DNA of 64,000 bases from an uncultured virus (IMG/VR IMGVR_UViG_3300025410_000672) (IMGVR_UViG_3300025410_000672:1-64000); one strand, 5' to 3'. Shown: positions 52,526-63,387, counted from the stretch's first letter. The notes: generated by a model from the sequence alone, not told the origin. Program-made: numbers and translations.

Positions 52526-52762
52526 GCAGGGATCCTCTCGCATTGTATTTATTGCTATTAGTTTAGTAAAAACGTGTTATTATTCTCCTTTATTTTTCCG
52601 GTAAATATATAACCAACCAAATTTGGTGGTATTACTGATCGCATACGGACAGCCGATCAGCAGACGCAACTAAGGAGCAACATATCTATGGCTCATAAGG
52701 ATAATAATTAATCACCCCGCTCAAGAAGGGTAGTTAGTTGCGCTTATCATGAAAGGAAAAAT

Positions 52763-53251
52763 ATGAAGAAGATTATACTATTAGTAGCCATGTCTATTGC
52801 TTTGTCTGCGACATGCGATAGAGCATTAGCACGTAGTTATTATAAGAGTACTCAGTATTCATCACACGAACAGACATTTGACAATCCATTAGATGCTATC
52901 TTTGGAGGTCAAAATTGGCATATGAACCCACAAATGGGTGAAGTTAAATTAAGACATGCTGGTCACTCTTCACAAAGTATTGTATCATATGGCCGCATGT
53001 TACAACATCAGGGCATCCGCGTTTCGGAGCATCCTGCTTTCGGTGGTGTTCATCATGTTCACCACGGTCGCGGTCACTACGGTGGTCGTGCTATTGACAT
53101 TAACGTTGGACGTGGAGTAGTCGAAGCAAGCAATCCTCGCACACGTCATTGGTTTGATGGTGTTGCTGCTAGAGCAAGAGCAGCAGGTTATATGGTTCTT
53201 TGGAAAGTAAAAGGCCACTTTAATCATATGCATATCGAAGCAAGAAGATAA
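52763..53251 (+). CDS. Exported protein with M15-like metallopeptidase motif
   Basis: Signal peptide; HYGGRAIDIN...GHFNHMHIE. Confidence 0.6.
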   Translation: MKKIILLVAMSIALSATCDRALARSYYKSTQYSSHEQTFDNPLDAIFGGQNWHMNPQMGEVKLRHAGHSSQSIVSYGRMLQHQGIRVSEHPAFGGVHHVHHGRGHYGGRAIDINVGRGVVEASNPRTRHWFDGVAARARAAGYMVLWKVKGHFNHMHIEARR

Positions 53252-53256
53252 TCAAG

Positions 53257-53285
53257 AAGGGCGGTATGTCCGTTGCCGCCCTTTT
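53257..53285 (+). terminator. Rho-independent terminator
   Basis: AAGGGCGGTA-loop-TGCCGCCCTT followed by TT. Confidence 0.75.
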
Positions 53286-53294
53286 AAATACTCT

Positions 53295-53738
53295 ATGATT
53301 AAGATCTTAATTATGGGGTTACCCGGGGCAGGTAAGACTACATTTGCTCATAAGTTAATTGACCGATTTCAAAAAGAAAATAAATCTTTTTCTTGGTACA
53401 ATGGTGATCATATACGCAAGATGTATAACGATTGGGATTTTTCCGAAAAGGGAAGATTGAGACAAACAAAAAGAATAACCAAAAAAGCAAATATATGTAA
53501 GGAAAATAAGATTATCGCTATTTGTGATTATGTCTGTCCAACTGAAGAATTACGTAAAATATTTGATGCTGATATAACTGTGTGGATTGATACTATTAAC
53601 AAAGGAAGATTTGAAGATACAAATAAACTATTTGAACCCCCCACTAAATACGACATTAAAGTAACAGATTATAATATAGAAAAATGGATTGAAGATCTTA
53701 TATTAAGGATTAATAATGAAGACAATAACAAAGAATGA
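53295..53738 (+). CDS. Adenylyl-sulfate kinase-like P-loop kinase
   Basis: GLPGAGKTT, NGD.IR..DWDFS..GR, FEPP. Confidence 0.75.
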   Translation: MIKILIMGLPGAGKTTFAHKLIDRFQKENKSFSWYNGDHIRKMYNDWDFSEKGRLRQTKRITKKANICKENKIIAICDYVCPTEELRKIFDADITVWIDTINKGRFEDTNKLFEPPTKYDIKVTDYNIEKWIEDLILRINNEDNNKE

Positions 53739-54369
53739 TCGATGGTTAGTATTAAGTCCAGGAAGAACAGGTAGCGTAGTGTTATCTAATACTATATTAG
53801 AAGTTTATAGGGCAAATAATTTAAGTTTAAAGTTTTTGTGGACTGATCTTGATAAAATAAAAGAAGCACCAAATGGATCATTAGTACATTGTCATGCAGA
53901 ACCTTTTCCTTTTTCAACAGATATGTATTGTATTCTTAATGTTCGAGATCCAATCGATATTACATTTAGCCAACTTATTAGACCTTATATAGGAAGATGG
54001 CATTTACATAAAAGACATTTAAATGATGTTAAGATTACACCATTTCATTTAAATCCTTTAGATTTTTTCAATCAATATACAGAAACACTAAGATGGTATA
54101 GAAATATTCCTAAAGATTTTTTACAAGTTGCACAAATAATAAATTATGAAAATTATTCAAAAGATCCTCTTCGTTTAGTACCTAAGTTATTAGAAATACC
54201 AGAATTAGATGAAGAAAATTTTAAAAGAGCAGATGAAATCAATTTGGTTAAAAATCCTGGACCACATAAATCTTGGATTTCAAATTGGGATTTAATAGAT
54301 CAAATAATTAAAAGTATTGAAAAAGAAAACAAAGAATTTTTCCAATCTTTATTGACAAAAACTTTGTAA
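53716..54369 (+). CDS. Sulfotransferase-like protein
   Basis: SPGRTGS 5'-PSB-like motif, RDPID...S, INYE; overlaps the APS-kinase-like gene. Confidence 0.5.
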   Translation: MKTITKNDRWLVLSPGRTGSVVLSNTILEVYRANNLSLKFLWTDLDKIKEAPNGSLVHCHAEPFPFSTDMYCILNVRDPIDITFSQLIRPYIGRWHLHKRHLNDVKITPFHLNPLDFFNQYTETLRWYRNIPKDFLQVAQIINYENYSKDPLRLVPKLLEIPELDEENFKRADEINLVKNPGPHKSWISNWDLIDQIIKSIEKENKEFFQSLLTKTL

Positions 54370-54392
54370 TACTTTACTATATATAAAGTTGT

Positions 54393-54468
54393 TTCCCGAT
54401 AGCTCAGCTGGTAGAGCAAGCGACTGTTAATCGCTGGGTCCCTGGTTCGAGTCCAGGTCGGGGAGCCA
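54393..54468 (+). tRNA. tRNA-Asn(GUU)
   Basis: Cloverleaf, loop CT-GTT-AA, G73, CCA. Confidence 0.95.
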
Positions 54469-55327
54469 CCCTAGGAAATATAATGACTGTTACATTTACC
54501 TTAGAGAATTTAGATAATAGTAAAATCGATATAAACTATGAACCTCTTCCTTATGAACATTCACAATTGTGGTTGCAAGGAATTAAAGATTTTTTAGATA
54601 CCGGAAATCCTTTAATTGATAACGAGAGGCTTTTTAATTTTGGTTCACATCAAAATGTAATAGATTATTTAGATAAAACTAATAAACTTATCGACGAAAT
54701 AAATTCTTATCTTCAAGGCATTGTAATGCCTAATATTAGATATGAAAATATACAGCAAGATGTAAATTTTGTTCATATTAATTTTGCAGAAACTGATAGA
54801 GGTGCCGAATATACTAAATTCTGTAGACAAGAATTATGGAATGATCTAAATTCACGTTTACACGGATTAGAAACTATTATGAGACATAATAATTCATATC
54901 CTCAAGGACAGATATTCGTTGAGTTAAATTGTCAAAGATATGTGTTACCCGAAAACGCATACAAGCATTTTACAGTAAAAGATACATTCGGTATTTGCTA
55001 TGCCAACTATGCTCATATTGGACGTCATATACAAGAAGTAGTTTATGCAGAAGATGAATTAGCATATGATACTCACATTTTGCCTATGAGTAAAATATCA
55101 GGAAGTAGCAGACTATGGTTTGGAGACACTCTTCCAGCAGTTGTAGAACGATATCAAATGTTTCGAATAAAAAGATGGTTTGACAAACATAATATATCTA
55201 ACATAGTTAATATGGAATGGGGTGACCCTCATCTAGCTATAGGATGGCTACCTGTAGCAAAAATGACAAATAATATTACTAAAGAAGATTTGCGAAATGT
55301 TGTAAAGATAAAGGAAATATCTTTACA

Positions 55328-56050
55328 ATGAAATTCGAAATAGGAATGCCTCATTTAAATTATAATGGCTTAGATCCTGTTTGGTTAGCAAAAACACTAG
55401 CAGAAATCCATTGGAATTTTTTAAAACATATCTCATCTATCAACGAAAATAATCAACGATTATATGCTAGTGTTTTTGCTTTCGAAATTGATTTTAATAA
55501 AGGACAGGATTCTTTTAAAGAATTCGACGAAGCAGAGATTGTTAGTAAAATCTACAAATTTAACAATCAAATTTATAGATCTAAACATTCAATAATATGT
55601 ACTGGAAATGTTGCTAGTGCAATTGTGGATACTATTTTTGTTAAAAAAGATTTAACATCTGGTTCTTTAATCAGAGATAATCCTATAGGATTTTCTAAAG
55701 GATTTGAAACAACTGATACTGTTTTTTTAAAAGAACATAAAGAATTAAAAAGAGAATTTTCTGTTATTAAAAACAAAGAAGATTATAAAGAATTACCATT
55801 TAGTTCTGAAGCATATTTTAATGGAGTTAAATTATTATACTTTGCTAATTTTTTAAATTTAGTTTATCTAAGTGAATCACTGACATTTAATAAAATTTTA
55901 AATCCCATCAAAAAAATTAAAACCTATTATTTTGGTAATATAACACCCGAAGAAAAAGTATACGGATTAACTACAAAAATAGAAGAAAAATATCAAACAA
56001 TATTACGATCAGATGATAGAATTATAGCATTCTGTGAAATAATAAGATAA
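55328..56050 (+). CDS. Double hot-dog biosynthetic protein (Pnap_2097/LnmK-like)
   Basis: GMPHL..GL...WL.....HW, RLYA and FNG..LLYFANF motifs as recalled. Confidence 0.55.
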   Translation: MKFEIGMPHLNYNGLDPVWLAKTLAEIHWNFLKHISSINENNQRLYASVFAFEIDFNKGQDSFKEFDEAEIVSKIYKFNNQIYRSKHSIICTGNVASAIVDTIFVKKDLTSGSLIRDNPIGFSKGFETTDTVFLKEHKELKREFSVIKNKEDYKELPFSSEAYFNGVKLLYFANFLNLVYLSESLTFNKILNPIKKIKTYYFGNITPEEKVYGLTTKIEEKYQTILRSDDRIIAFCEIIR

Positions 56051-56092
56051 ATTATTAAAAGTGCGGAAAAAAACGTTCATAAGGAACATATC

Positions 56093-57907
56093 ATGAAAAA
56101 ATGGAAAAGATATATACCATGGATTACTTTTGCTGTAGTTGCAGGTTTACTATTTGCAATGTGGCAAAACCAAGAAAAACACCCAGATATTAGAGAAATT
56201 AATTTTAGTGATTTCTTAGTTCAAATCGATGAAGGGCGTGTACACGATGTCACAATTGAAGGAAATGAAGTTACAGGTCATTTTACTGACAATCGTACAT
56301 TTGAAACATATCTACCAAGCGGACACACAATTATACCTAAACTAGAAGCAAAGAAAGTTCAAATTACAGCAAAACCTATAGGTGGAGAAAGTATATGGAC
56401 TACTCTAGCATCTAACATTTTACCTTTAATTATTTTTATGTTTGTTTGGTTCTGGCTAGCAAGATCAATGACTGGTCGAGGAGGCGGCGGCGCTATGGGA
56501 TTTGGAAAATCTAAAGCGAAATTACTCGAAACACAAGGAACAGTTAAATTTGACGATGTTGCTGGTGTTGATGAAGCAAAAGAAGATTTACAAGAAGTTG
56601 TTGAATTTCTTCGTGAACCTAATAAATTCCAATTAGTTGGTGGAAAAATACCGAGAGGCGTTCTGCTAGTCGGACCACCTGGTACAGGTAAAACATTACT
56701 TGCTAGAGCAGTAGCAGGTGAAGCAGGTGTACCATTCTTTAGTATTTCTGGTTCAGACTTTGTAGAAATGTTTGTTGGTGTTGGTGCTAGTCGTGTTCGT
56801 GACATGTTTGAACAAGCAAAGAAAAATGCTCCATGCATTATCTTTGTTGACGAAGTTGATGCTGTTGGTAGACATCGCGGCGCGGGATTAGGCGGAGGAA
56901 ACGACGAACGTGAACAAACACTTAATCAATTACTTGTTGAGATGGATGGCTTTAATGAAAATGAAGGAATTATTATTATTGCAGCAACAAACAGAGTTGA
57001 CGTATTAGATCCTGCCCTACTTCGTCCAGGTCGCTTTGATCGTCAAATTACTGTTCCTAATCCAGACTTTATCGGACGTGAAAAGATCTTAAAGGTTCAT
57101 ACACGTAAAGTTCCTTTGTCTCCAGATGTTGATCTTAAAGTTGTAGCAAGAGGAACACCTGGATTTAGTGGTGCTGACTTAATGAATCTTGTTAATGAGG
57201 CTGCATTACTTGCTGCTCGTCGTGGTAAAAGAATTGTTATGAAGAAAGAGTTTGAAGATGCTCGAGATAAGATTCTTATGGGAGCAGAACGTCGTACACT
57301 ATTAATGACTGAAGAAGAAAAGAAAATGACTGCTTATCACGAAGGTGGACATGCTCTTGTTAGTCTTAACATGCCAGGTTCTACGCCAATTCATAAAGCA
57401 ACGATCATTCCACGTGGTCGTGCTTTAGGTATGGTCCAGTCATTACCTGAACGTGATGAGATTAGTCAAACATATGAACAATTTATTGCTATGTTAGCAA
57501 TGGCAATGGGAGGGCGTGTTGCTGAAGAATTAATTTTTGGACACGATAAGGTAAGTTCAGGTGCTGCTGGTGATATCCAACAAGCAACCAAGATTGCTCG
57601 TGCTATGGTTACACAACTTGGATTTAGTGACAAACTTGGAACAGTTGCTTATAGTGAACCACAACACGAACAGTTCCTTGGATACTCAATGGGTCGTGAA
57701 CAATCTGTATCACAAGAAACCCAAAAGACTATCGATCATGAAGTTCGTCGCTTTATTCAAGAAGGATATGAAACAGCAAAGAAGATCTTAACTGAGAAGA
57801 GAGATCAACTTGACAAACTTGCAGAAGCTCTTATAATGTATGAGACACTAAGCGGTCAAGAGATAATCGATCTTTTGGACGGTAAGGAACCAGTCAGGGA
57901 GTCTTAA
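56093..57907 (+). CDS. ftsH: ATP-dependent zinc metalloprotease FtsH
   Basis: Two TM segments, [23 protein letters not shown]. Confidence 0.97.
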   Translation: MKKWKRYIPWITFAVVAGLLFAMWQNQEKHPDIREINFSDFLVQIDEGRVHDVTIEGNEVTGHFTDNRTFETYLPSGHTIIPKLEAKKVQITAKPIGGESIWTTLASNILPLIIFMFVWFWLARSMTGRGGGGAMGFGKSKAKLLETQGTVKFDDVAGVDEAKEDLQEVVEFLREPNKFQLVGGKIPRGVLLVGPPGTGKTLLARAVAGEAGVPFFSISGSDFVEMFVGVGASRVRDMFEQAKKNAPCIIFVDEVDAVGRHRGAGLGGGNDEREQTLNQLLVEMDGFNENEGIIIIAATNRVDVLDPALLRPGRFDRQITVPNPDFIGREKILKVHTRKVPLSPDVDLKVVARGTPGFSGADLMNLVNEAALLAARRGKRIVMKKEFEDARDKILMGAERRTLLMTEEEKKMTAYHEGGHALVSLNMPGSTPIHKATIIPRGRALGMVQSLPERDEISQTYEQFIAMLAMAMGGRVAEELIFGHDKVSSGAAGDIQQATKIARAMVTQLGFSDKLGTVAYSEPQHEQFLGYSMGREQSVSQETQKTIDHEVRRFIQEGYETAKKILTEKRDQLDKLAEALIMYETLSGQEIIDLLDGKEPVRES

Positions 57908-58401
57908 TGACTATCTTTGTAATTTCGGACACACACTTTGGACATGCTAACATTCTGAAATTTACAAGACAGGATGGCAGTCCAATGCGTGTCTTTGAAT
58001 CAGTGGAGCATATGAATGAAACAATGGTTGAAAACTGGAATCGAGTTGTCACCGACAGCGATATTGTCTATCATCTTGGCGATGTTTATTTTGGGAAGGG
58101 TCACGAGATACTTGGTCGGCTAAAAGGTCGTAAGCGTCTTATCCTCGGAAATCATGATAACGGCAAGTGCCAGAATTTACACAAACATTTCCAGAAGATT
58201 ATGATGTGGAGAATGTTTCCAGAATTTAATTGTCTGCTAACTCATGTACCTGTTCATGCAAGTGTACTTTATAAGACAAAGTATAACCTACACGGACATG
58301 TACATCATAATAGTCTTCCTGAAGAAAACTACATTAATTGTTGTGTAGAACCCTTAAACTTTACTCCTACTCCTTTGGAATCTTTAATTCCAAAGGAATA
58401 A
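57907..58401 (+). CDS. Calcineurin-like metallophosphoesterase
   Basis: SDTH, LGD, GNHD, HGHVH. Confidence 0.9.
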   Translation: MTIFVISDTHFGHANILKFTRQDGSPMRVFESVEHMNETMVENWNRVVTDSDIVYHLGDVYFGKGHEILGRLKGRKRLILGNHDNGKCQNLHKHFQKIMMWRMFPEFNCLLTHVPVHASVLYKTKYNLHGHVHHNSLPEENYINCCVEPLNFTPTPLESLIPKE

Positions 58402-58542
58402 ATACCATATGAAAAGATTAATTTTAGTTACATCAATATTATCGTTCGGAGCAGGTCTTATTGTTGGGTGGAATCTTCTACCTCAACCACAATGGCTATT
58501 TGATGCTTACGGATATTTGATATTATTCAAATAAATAAAAGT

Positions 58543-58986
58543 ATGAAAAAACTACTACTTTTATTCTTTCTATTCACTTCTTCTGCATTTGCTGTAGACT
58601 TACCTATTTTACCAAATCCCAAACTTACTCCTGGTGATATAGATCATAATGCTTCAACTAAAGAATTTTGTACTCCTGGGTATACTCGTAAAGTTAGAAA
58701 TGTTCCACTGTCTGTAAAAAGACAGGTTTTTGTTCTTTATGGAATTGATCCAACATCTAGCGATTTCGAAGTAGATCATCTTATTAGTTTAGAATTAGGC
58801 GGATCTAATGATATTAAGAATTTATGGCCACAAAGTTATGATACACAACCATGGAATGCTTATAAGAAAGATGGTTTAGAGCATAGATTACATGCTTTAG
58901 TTTGTAATGGCAAAATAGACGTAAGAGAAGCACAAAAAGCCATTGCATCTGATTGGATTTCAGCGTATAACAAATATATGAATTAA
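58543..58986 (+). CDS. Exported HNH-like protein
   Basis: Signal peptide; EVDHLISLELGGSN...NLWPQ. Confidence 0.7.
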   Translation: MKKLLLLFFLFTSSAFAVDLPILPNPKLTPGDIDHNASTKEFCTPGYTRKVRNVPLSVKRQVFVLYGIDPTSSDFEVDHLISLELGGSNDIKNLWPQSYDTQPWNAYKKDGLEHRLHALVCNGKIDVREAQKAIASDWISAYNKYMN

Positions 58987-58992
58987 TAGAAA

Positions 58993-59069
58993 GGCTTGGT
59001 ATCTCAGTTGGTTAGAGTGCTGCCCTGTCACGGCAGAGGTCGCCGGTTCGAGCCCGGTCCAGGTCGCCA
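58993..59069 (+). tRNA. tRNA-Asp(GUC)
   Basis: Loop CT-GTC-AC, G73, CCA. Confidence 0.93.
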
Positions 59070-59103
59070 GTTTGTTAAATAGTTGTAGTTAACGGAGACT
59101 ACA

Positions 59104-59379
59104 ATGAAAAAGAAACTTCTTACACTATTAACGGTGCTTGGACTTACTATTGCTACAGTTGCTCCTGCTAATGCTTGGTACCGTGGATATTATGGCGGAT
59201 ATTATGGCGGATGGGGTTACGGTGGTGCAATGGCTGGGGCTGCTATTGCAGGTGCTCTTGCTGGGGCTGCTATTGCTAATTCATATGCTTATCCATATGG
59301 AGGATATTATTATGTACCACAATATTATTATCCTGCGCCAACATACTACTATTACCCAAATTATTACTATGGATGGTAA
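59104..59379 (+). CDS. Exported Gly/Tyr-rich small protein
   Basis: Signal peptide ending PANA, GYYGG-rich; similar to 13..447. Confidence 0.6.
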   Translation: MKKKLLTLLTVLGLTIATVAPANAWYRGYYGGYYGGWGYGGAMAGAAIAGALAGAAIANSYAYPYGGYYYVPQYYYPAPTYYYYPNYYYGW

Positions 59380-59815
59380 ATGTTACACATAATAAATGAT
59401 ATTTCAGATCCTTTATTAGAATTAGTAAAGGATGATCCTGTTCGATCAGATATCTATCCTATAGAAAGAATTATGGGTAATAAAGAAATTATGGTTTTGT
59501 TGGATCCTATTAGTAAAGAACCACAATCGGTAATTTGTGTATCTTATCAAGATCATATACCTGCAGATATAAGAGATTTAATATCTTCTGATTCTCCTAT
59601 ATTTGCTGTATTCTATACTATCTGGAGTTACAAAACAGGTTCAGGAAGAAGATTGCTCTTTAAGGCAAAAGATTATATAAAAGAACATAGACCAGAAATT
59701 AAACGTTTCATAACTCTTAGTCCAAAAACATTTACTGCTAGTAGATTTCATACTGACAATGGTGCTAAAATATTAAGAGTTAACACAGACAGCGTCAATT
59801 ATGAATACCAATAAC

Positions 59816-59905
59816 GGAGAGGTGGCCGAGTGGTTTAAGGCAGCGGTCTTGAAAACCGCCGTAGGTGAAAGCCTACCGTGAGTTCGAATCTCACCCTCTC
59901 CGCCA
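59816..59905 (+). tRNA. tRNA-Ser(UGA)
   Basis: Long variable arm, loop CT-TGA-AA, CCA. Confidence 0.95.
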
Positions 59906-61913
59906 TACGATATATAATATATTAGGAGAATTAATATGCGTATAATTTTATCTTTACTAACTATTATGGCTTTAGGAAATTCCGCTTTTGCTGGTCCTAT
60001 TCCAAGAGTTGATCATTCATCGAAATCAAAATCAACACAAGAATGGAAACCACCACTAGAGATTCAGAAAAAAGAAAGTATTGTTGTTGCTCCTACAAAG
60101 AAATAATATGAGATATATTTTTCTTGCAATGTTTGCAGGAGTAATAATCTATAGTATAGTCAACACTAAACTAAGCGTTGACTATCAATGTTATAGTAAA
60201 GAAGGCCTTAATAAATTAATCGACGAGAAAAAATATCAAACTCTAATTCAAACTTTTACCGATGATGGTAAAATAAATGAAACAATGTTTACACCTTACT
60301 ATGATAAAGAAACAATTATTGTTGAATATAAAAAACCAAATACAGAAAAATATTGTATTAAATCAATAACACACGGTACAATGGTAAATGAATATTCTGT
60401 TGAAATGCTTTATGAGGCTCTTGAAAAATATAAAGGAAAACGAGCATGAGATACATAATTCTTTTATCACTATTTCTAGCAGGATGTAATTCGTTAGCCC
60501 CAGTTAACGCTGGATTAGATATTGTCGACGTTGCGGGCAAATTAGGTCTTGACGCAGATACTAATGGTGTCTATTATAAACATAGAGGACCAATAGAACA
60601 TGTATGTGAATATAAGGTTAAACAGAATTTTACAGCATTTCGTCCTTGCTAATAATGGAGATTTAAATGTTTAATATTTCAGACGAAACTAAAGCAGAAG
60701 CAGTTGCACAGATGAAGGAAATTCTTGGACATGACATTCCAGAAGAAAAACTACAAGAAGCATTTGATGCTGCTGTTAAAGTAGTTGCTAGAAGTTTTGG
60801 AATGTAATTATGGATAAGTGGGACGAATTGAAACTATTATTAGAGGCAGATTTGTCTCACACCGTCCATTATTCTCATGATAAAAATTATGAACATGGGC
60901 AATTATTACGTGTCAAGGAATGGATGGAGTATCTTGAGAAGAAAGAATTAACTAAAGAAAATTCATCATAATTTACGATAAATACTATCTTTGTTAGGAG
61001 TATAGTATGAAAACATTCGTTATGGCCACACTTTTAATGTGCCTAAATAGTGGCCCATGTGAACAAAAACAAGTTCAGATTGAAAGTAGAGCCTGCACAA
61101 TAGGAACACTAGATGCAAAAGTTCCTATGAACGGTGAATATGAAGATGCAAAAATTCATGTGAAGTGCCACAAATAACACTAAATATATTTGGCTTTTGC
61201 CAAAAATGATTGTAGTATACAATTATACACACACAAGGAGAGACACAATGAAGACCCTAATCGCAGCCACTCTATACACATGTCTTAATATCAGCGGAAC
61301 AAATGTTTGTCAATACAAAGATGTTCAGTTAGAAAAAGATACTTGTAAGACTGGTGTTATTGAACAGACCCTTCCAAGAGGTACTGAACTTACTAAGATT
61401 AAAGTCGCTACTATATGTAAGGGTTAATATTGATAAAATATATTCCAATAATTTTGATTTGTCATGTTAGCGTTCCTTCGTATGACTGTAAATCAGAACA
61501 TAAAAATGTAACAACTGCTATTGGGGAATTTCAGAATACCCCGATGGCTTGTTTAGTTGAGGGGCAAACTAGACTTGCGAGTCTAGCATTTGCTCCAAAA
61601 CTAGGAGATCCTTACTATGCTAAAATTAAATGTGTTCCAAAGATGTTTATCGATTAAAGGACAAAAAATGAACTTGTTTGAACTGTCGACTGGCGAAACT
61701 ATAGTTGTAGAAAAAATTGAATCTATCACTAATGTTGATCACAAAAATGGATATAAAGGTTCTTTATATGAATTTACCATCTTTATGGATTCTGGACGAA
61801 CAATTCATGTATCTAACGAAGATAATAAACCACTCATCAAAGAACAAGAAAAACTACTATACATAATCAAGAGAACTTGACAAGTATCACTTAACCTGTT
61901 AAATTAATATCAT

Positions 61914-61998
61914 GCGCTTGTGGTGGAATTGGTAGACACGGCAGACTTAGAATCTGTTGCTTCACGGCGTGGGAGTTCAAGTCTCTCCAGGCGCACCA
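61914..61998 (+). tRNA. tRNA-Leu(UAG)
   Basis: Loop CT-TAG-AA, variable arm, A73, CCA; TTGACA promoter upstream. Confidence 0.95.
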
Positions 61999-62019
61999 AA
62001 ATATTGAAGGTTTAATAAA

Positions 62020-62529
62020 ATGCCGTTCAAATCAAAATTATCTAAATGTAAATTAGTTATTACCGATGTAGATGGGGTACTTACAGATGGTAGAATCTAT
62101 TATACAGAGCATGGTGAAACAATGAAGGAGTTTCATGCTCGAGATGGTTTTGGTGTTATAATGTTACAAAAGATGGAAATTAAAACGGCAGTTATAAGTG
62201 GACTCGGTTCTGAGGCTTTACAAAAACGAGTTTCCGATTTAGGTATTGAATATAGTTTTTATCATGTAAAAGATAAATCTGCGATATGTAAAACACTTAT
62301 GGAAAATTTATCTCTTCATCCAAATGAGGTAATTTGTATTGGTGATGAAATAATAGATCTTCCAATGTTTGAAGTTTGTGGAACATCTTTTGCTGTAAAT
62401 GATGCTCCAATATACATAAAAGAAAAAGCCGAAAGAGTTCTTTTTTCGAATGGTGGAAGAGGAGCGTTTCGAGAAGTAGTAGATGAGATAGTAAAAGCAA
62501 AAGGGTTGCCTTTCGAACACTTTGTTTAA
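62020..62529 (+). CDS. kdsC: Kdo 8-phosphate phosphatase (HAD)
   Basis: DVDGVLTDG, K.F..RDG.G, IGD..ID, GGRGAFRE. Confidence 0.9.
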   Translation: MPFKSKLSKCKLVITDVDGVLTDGRIYYTEHGETMKEFHARDGFGVIMLQKMEIKTAVISGLGSEALQKRVSDLGIEYSFYHVKDKSAICKTLMENLSLHPNEVICIGDEIIDLPMFEVCGTSFAVNDAPIYIKEKAERVLFSNGGRGAFREVVDEIVKAKGLPFEHFV

Positions 62530-62540
62530 GGGACCTTTTG

Positions 62541-62616
62541 GATCCCTTAGCTCAGTAGGTAGAGCACTCGACTTTTAATCGAGTTGTCCTGGGTTCGAAT
62601 CCCAGAGGGATCACCA
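62541..62616 (+). tRNA. tRNA-Lys(UUU)
   Basis: Cloverleaf, loop CT-TTT-AA, CCA. Confidence 0.95.
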
Positions 62617-62619
62617 TTT

Positions 62620-62645
62620 TGGGGTATCGTCTAATGGTAGGACAG
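62620..62645 (+). pseudogene. Truncated tRNA 5' fragment (Gln-like)
   Basis: TGGGGTATC plus D arm GTCT-AATGGT-AGGAC, then breaks off into a late promoter. Confidence 0.65.
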
Positions 62646-62657
62646 TATAAATACTAT

Positions 62658-63197
62658 ATGTTATCCAAAAATATTGATGAAAATTTAATTAAAGAATTAT
62701 TAGATAGCGGAAAGACTAATAAAGAGATTTCTTTTATTCTAGATATTTCGGCACCAACTGTTACATATTGGAGAAAGAAACTTAAAAAAGGATTATCAAT
62801 AAAAAGATACAATTGGAAAGAAATACAAGAAGCACACAATAATGGATCTTCTTATTCAAATTTAAGAAAAGAATTTGGTGTAACTAAACGGTCAATCGAA
62901 ATGGCTAAGAAGAGGGGAGATTTTAGTACAAGAAAAATTCCTTGTATGGATCCGGAACAAGCAAAATTAAGAAAAAGAAATAGAAGAGAAGCATGGATGA
63001 GATATCATAGCCGAAAGAAATATCAGACTCCCGCCGACGAAGATATAAAAAAACTACAAGAATTTTATGCTAACTGTCCACCTGGATACGAAGTCGATCA
63101 TATTATACCAATTTCTAAGGGAGGATTACATTCAATATCTAATTTACAATATTTAACAAAATCTGAAAATCGTGCTAAAAGTAATAAAATAATTTAA
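62658..63197 (+). mobile_element. HTH + HNH homing endonuclease
   Basis: N-terminal HTH repeats; CPPGYEVDHIIPISKGGLH...NLQYLT..EN..KSNK. Confidence 0.88.
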
Positions 63198-63272
63198 TGG
63201 GGAGTGGTGCAATGGTAGTCACGTCGGACTTTGACTCCGAAAATGATCGTTCGAGTCGATCCTCCCCAGCCA
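63198..63272 (+). tRNA. tRNA-Gln(UUG)
   Basis: TGGGGAG/CTCCCCA acceptor, loop CT-TTG-AC, G73, CCA. Confidence 0.9.
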
Positions 63273-63288
63273 AATATAAATACCTCAT

Positions 63289-63387
63289 GCGGGTGTAACT
63301 CAGAGGTAGAGTTCTTGCTTGCCTGAAGACATTAAGGTGTCTTGAATAAGCAAGATGTCGAGGGTTCGAATCCCTTCGCCCGCTCCA
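63289..63387 (+). tRNA. tRNA-Gly(GCC) with a 24-nt insert in the anticodon loop
   Basis: Gly acceptor GCGGGTG/CGCCCGC-U-CCA; removing 63324..63347 gives a 75-nt cloverleaf with loop TT-GCC-AA. Confidence 0.8.

Noticed and set aside
62619..62657. ORF-track start of the HNH gene
   Set aside because: It is the tRNA fragment and promoter; the ATG at 62658 is the more plausible start.
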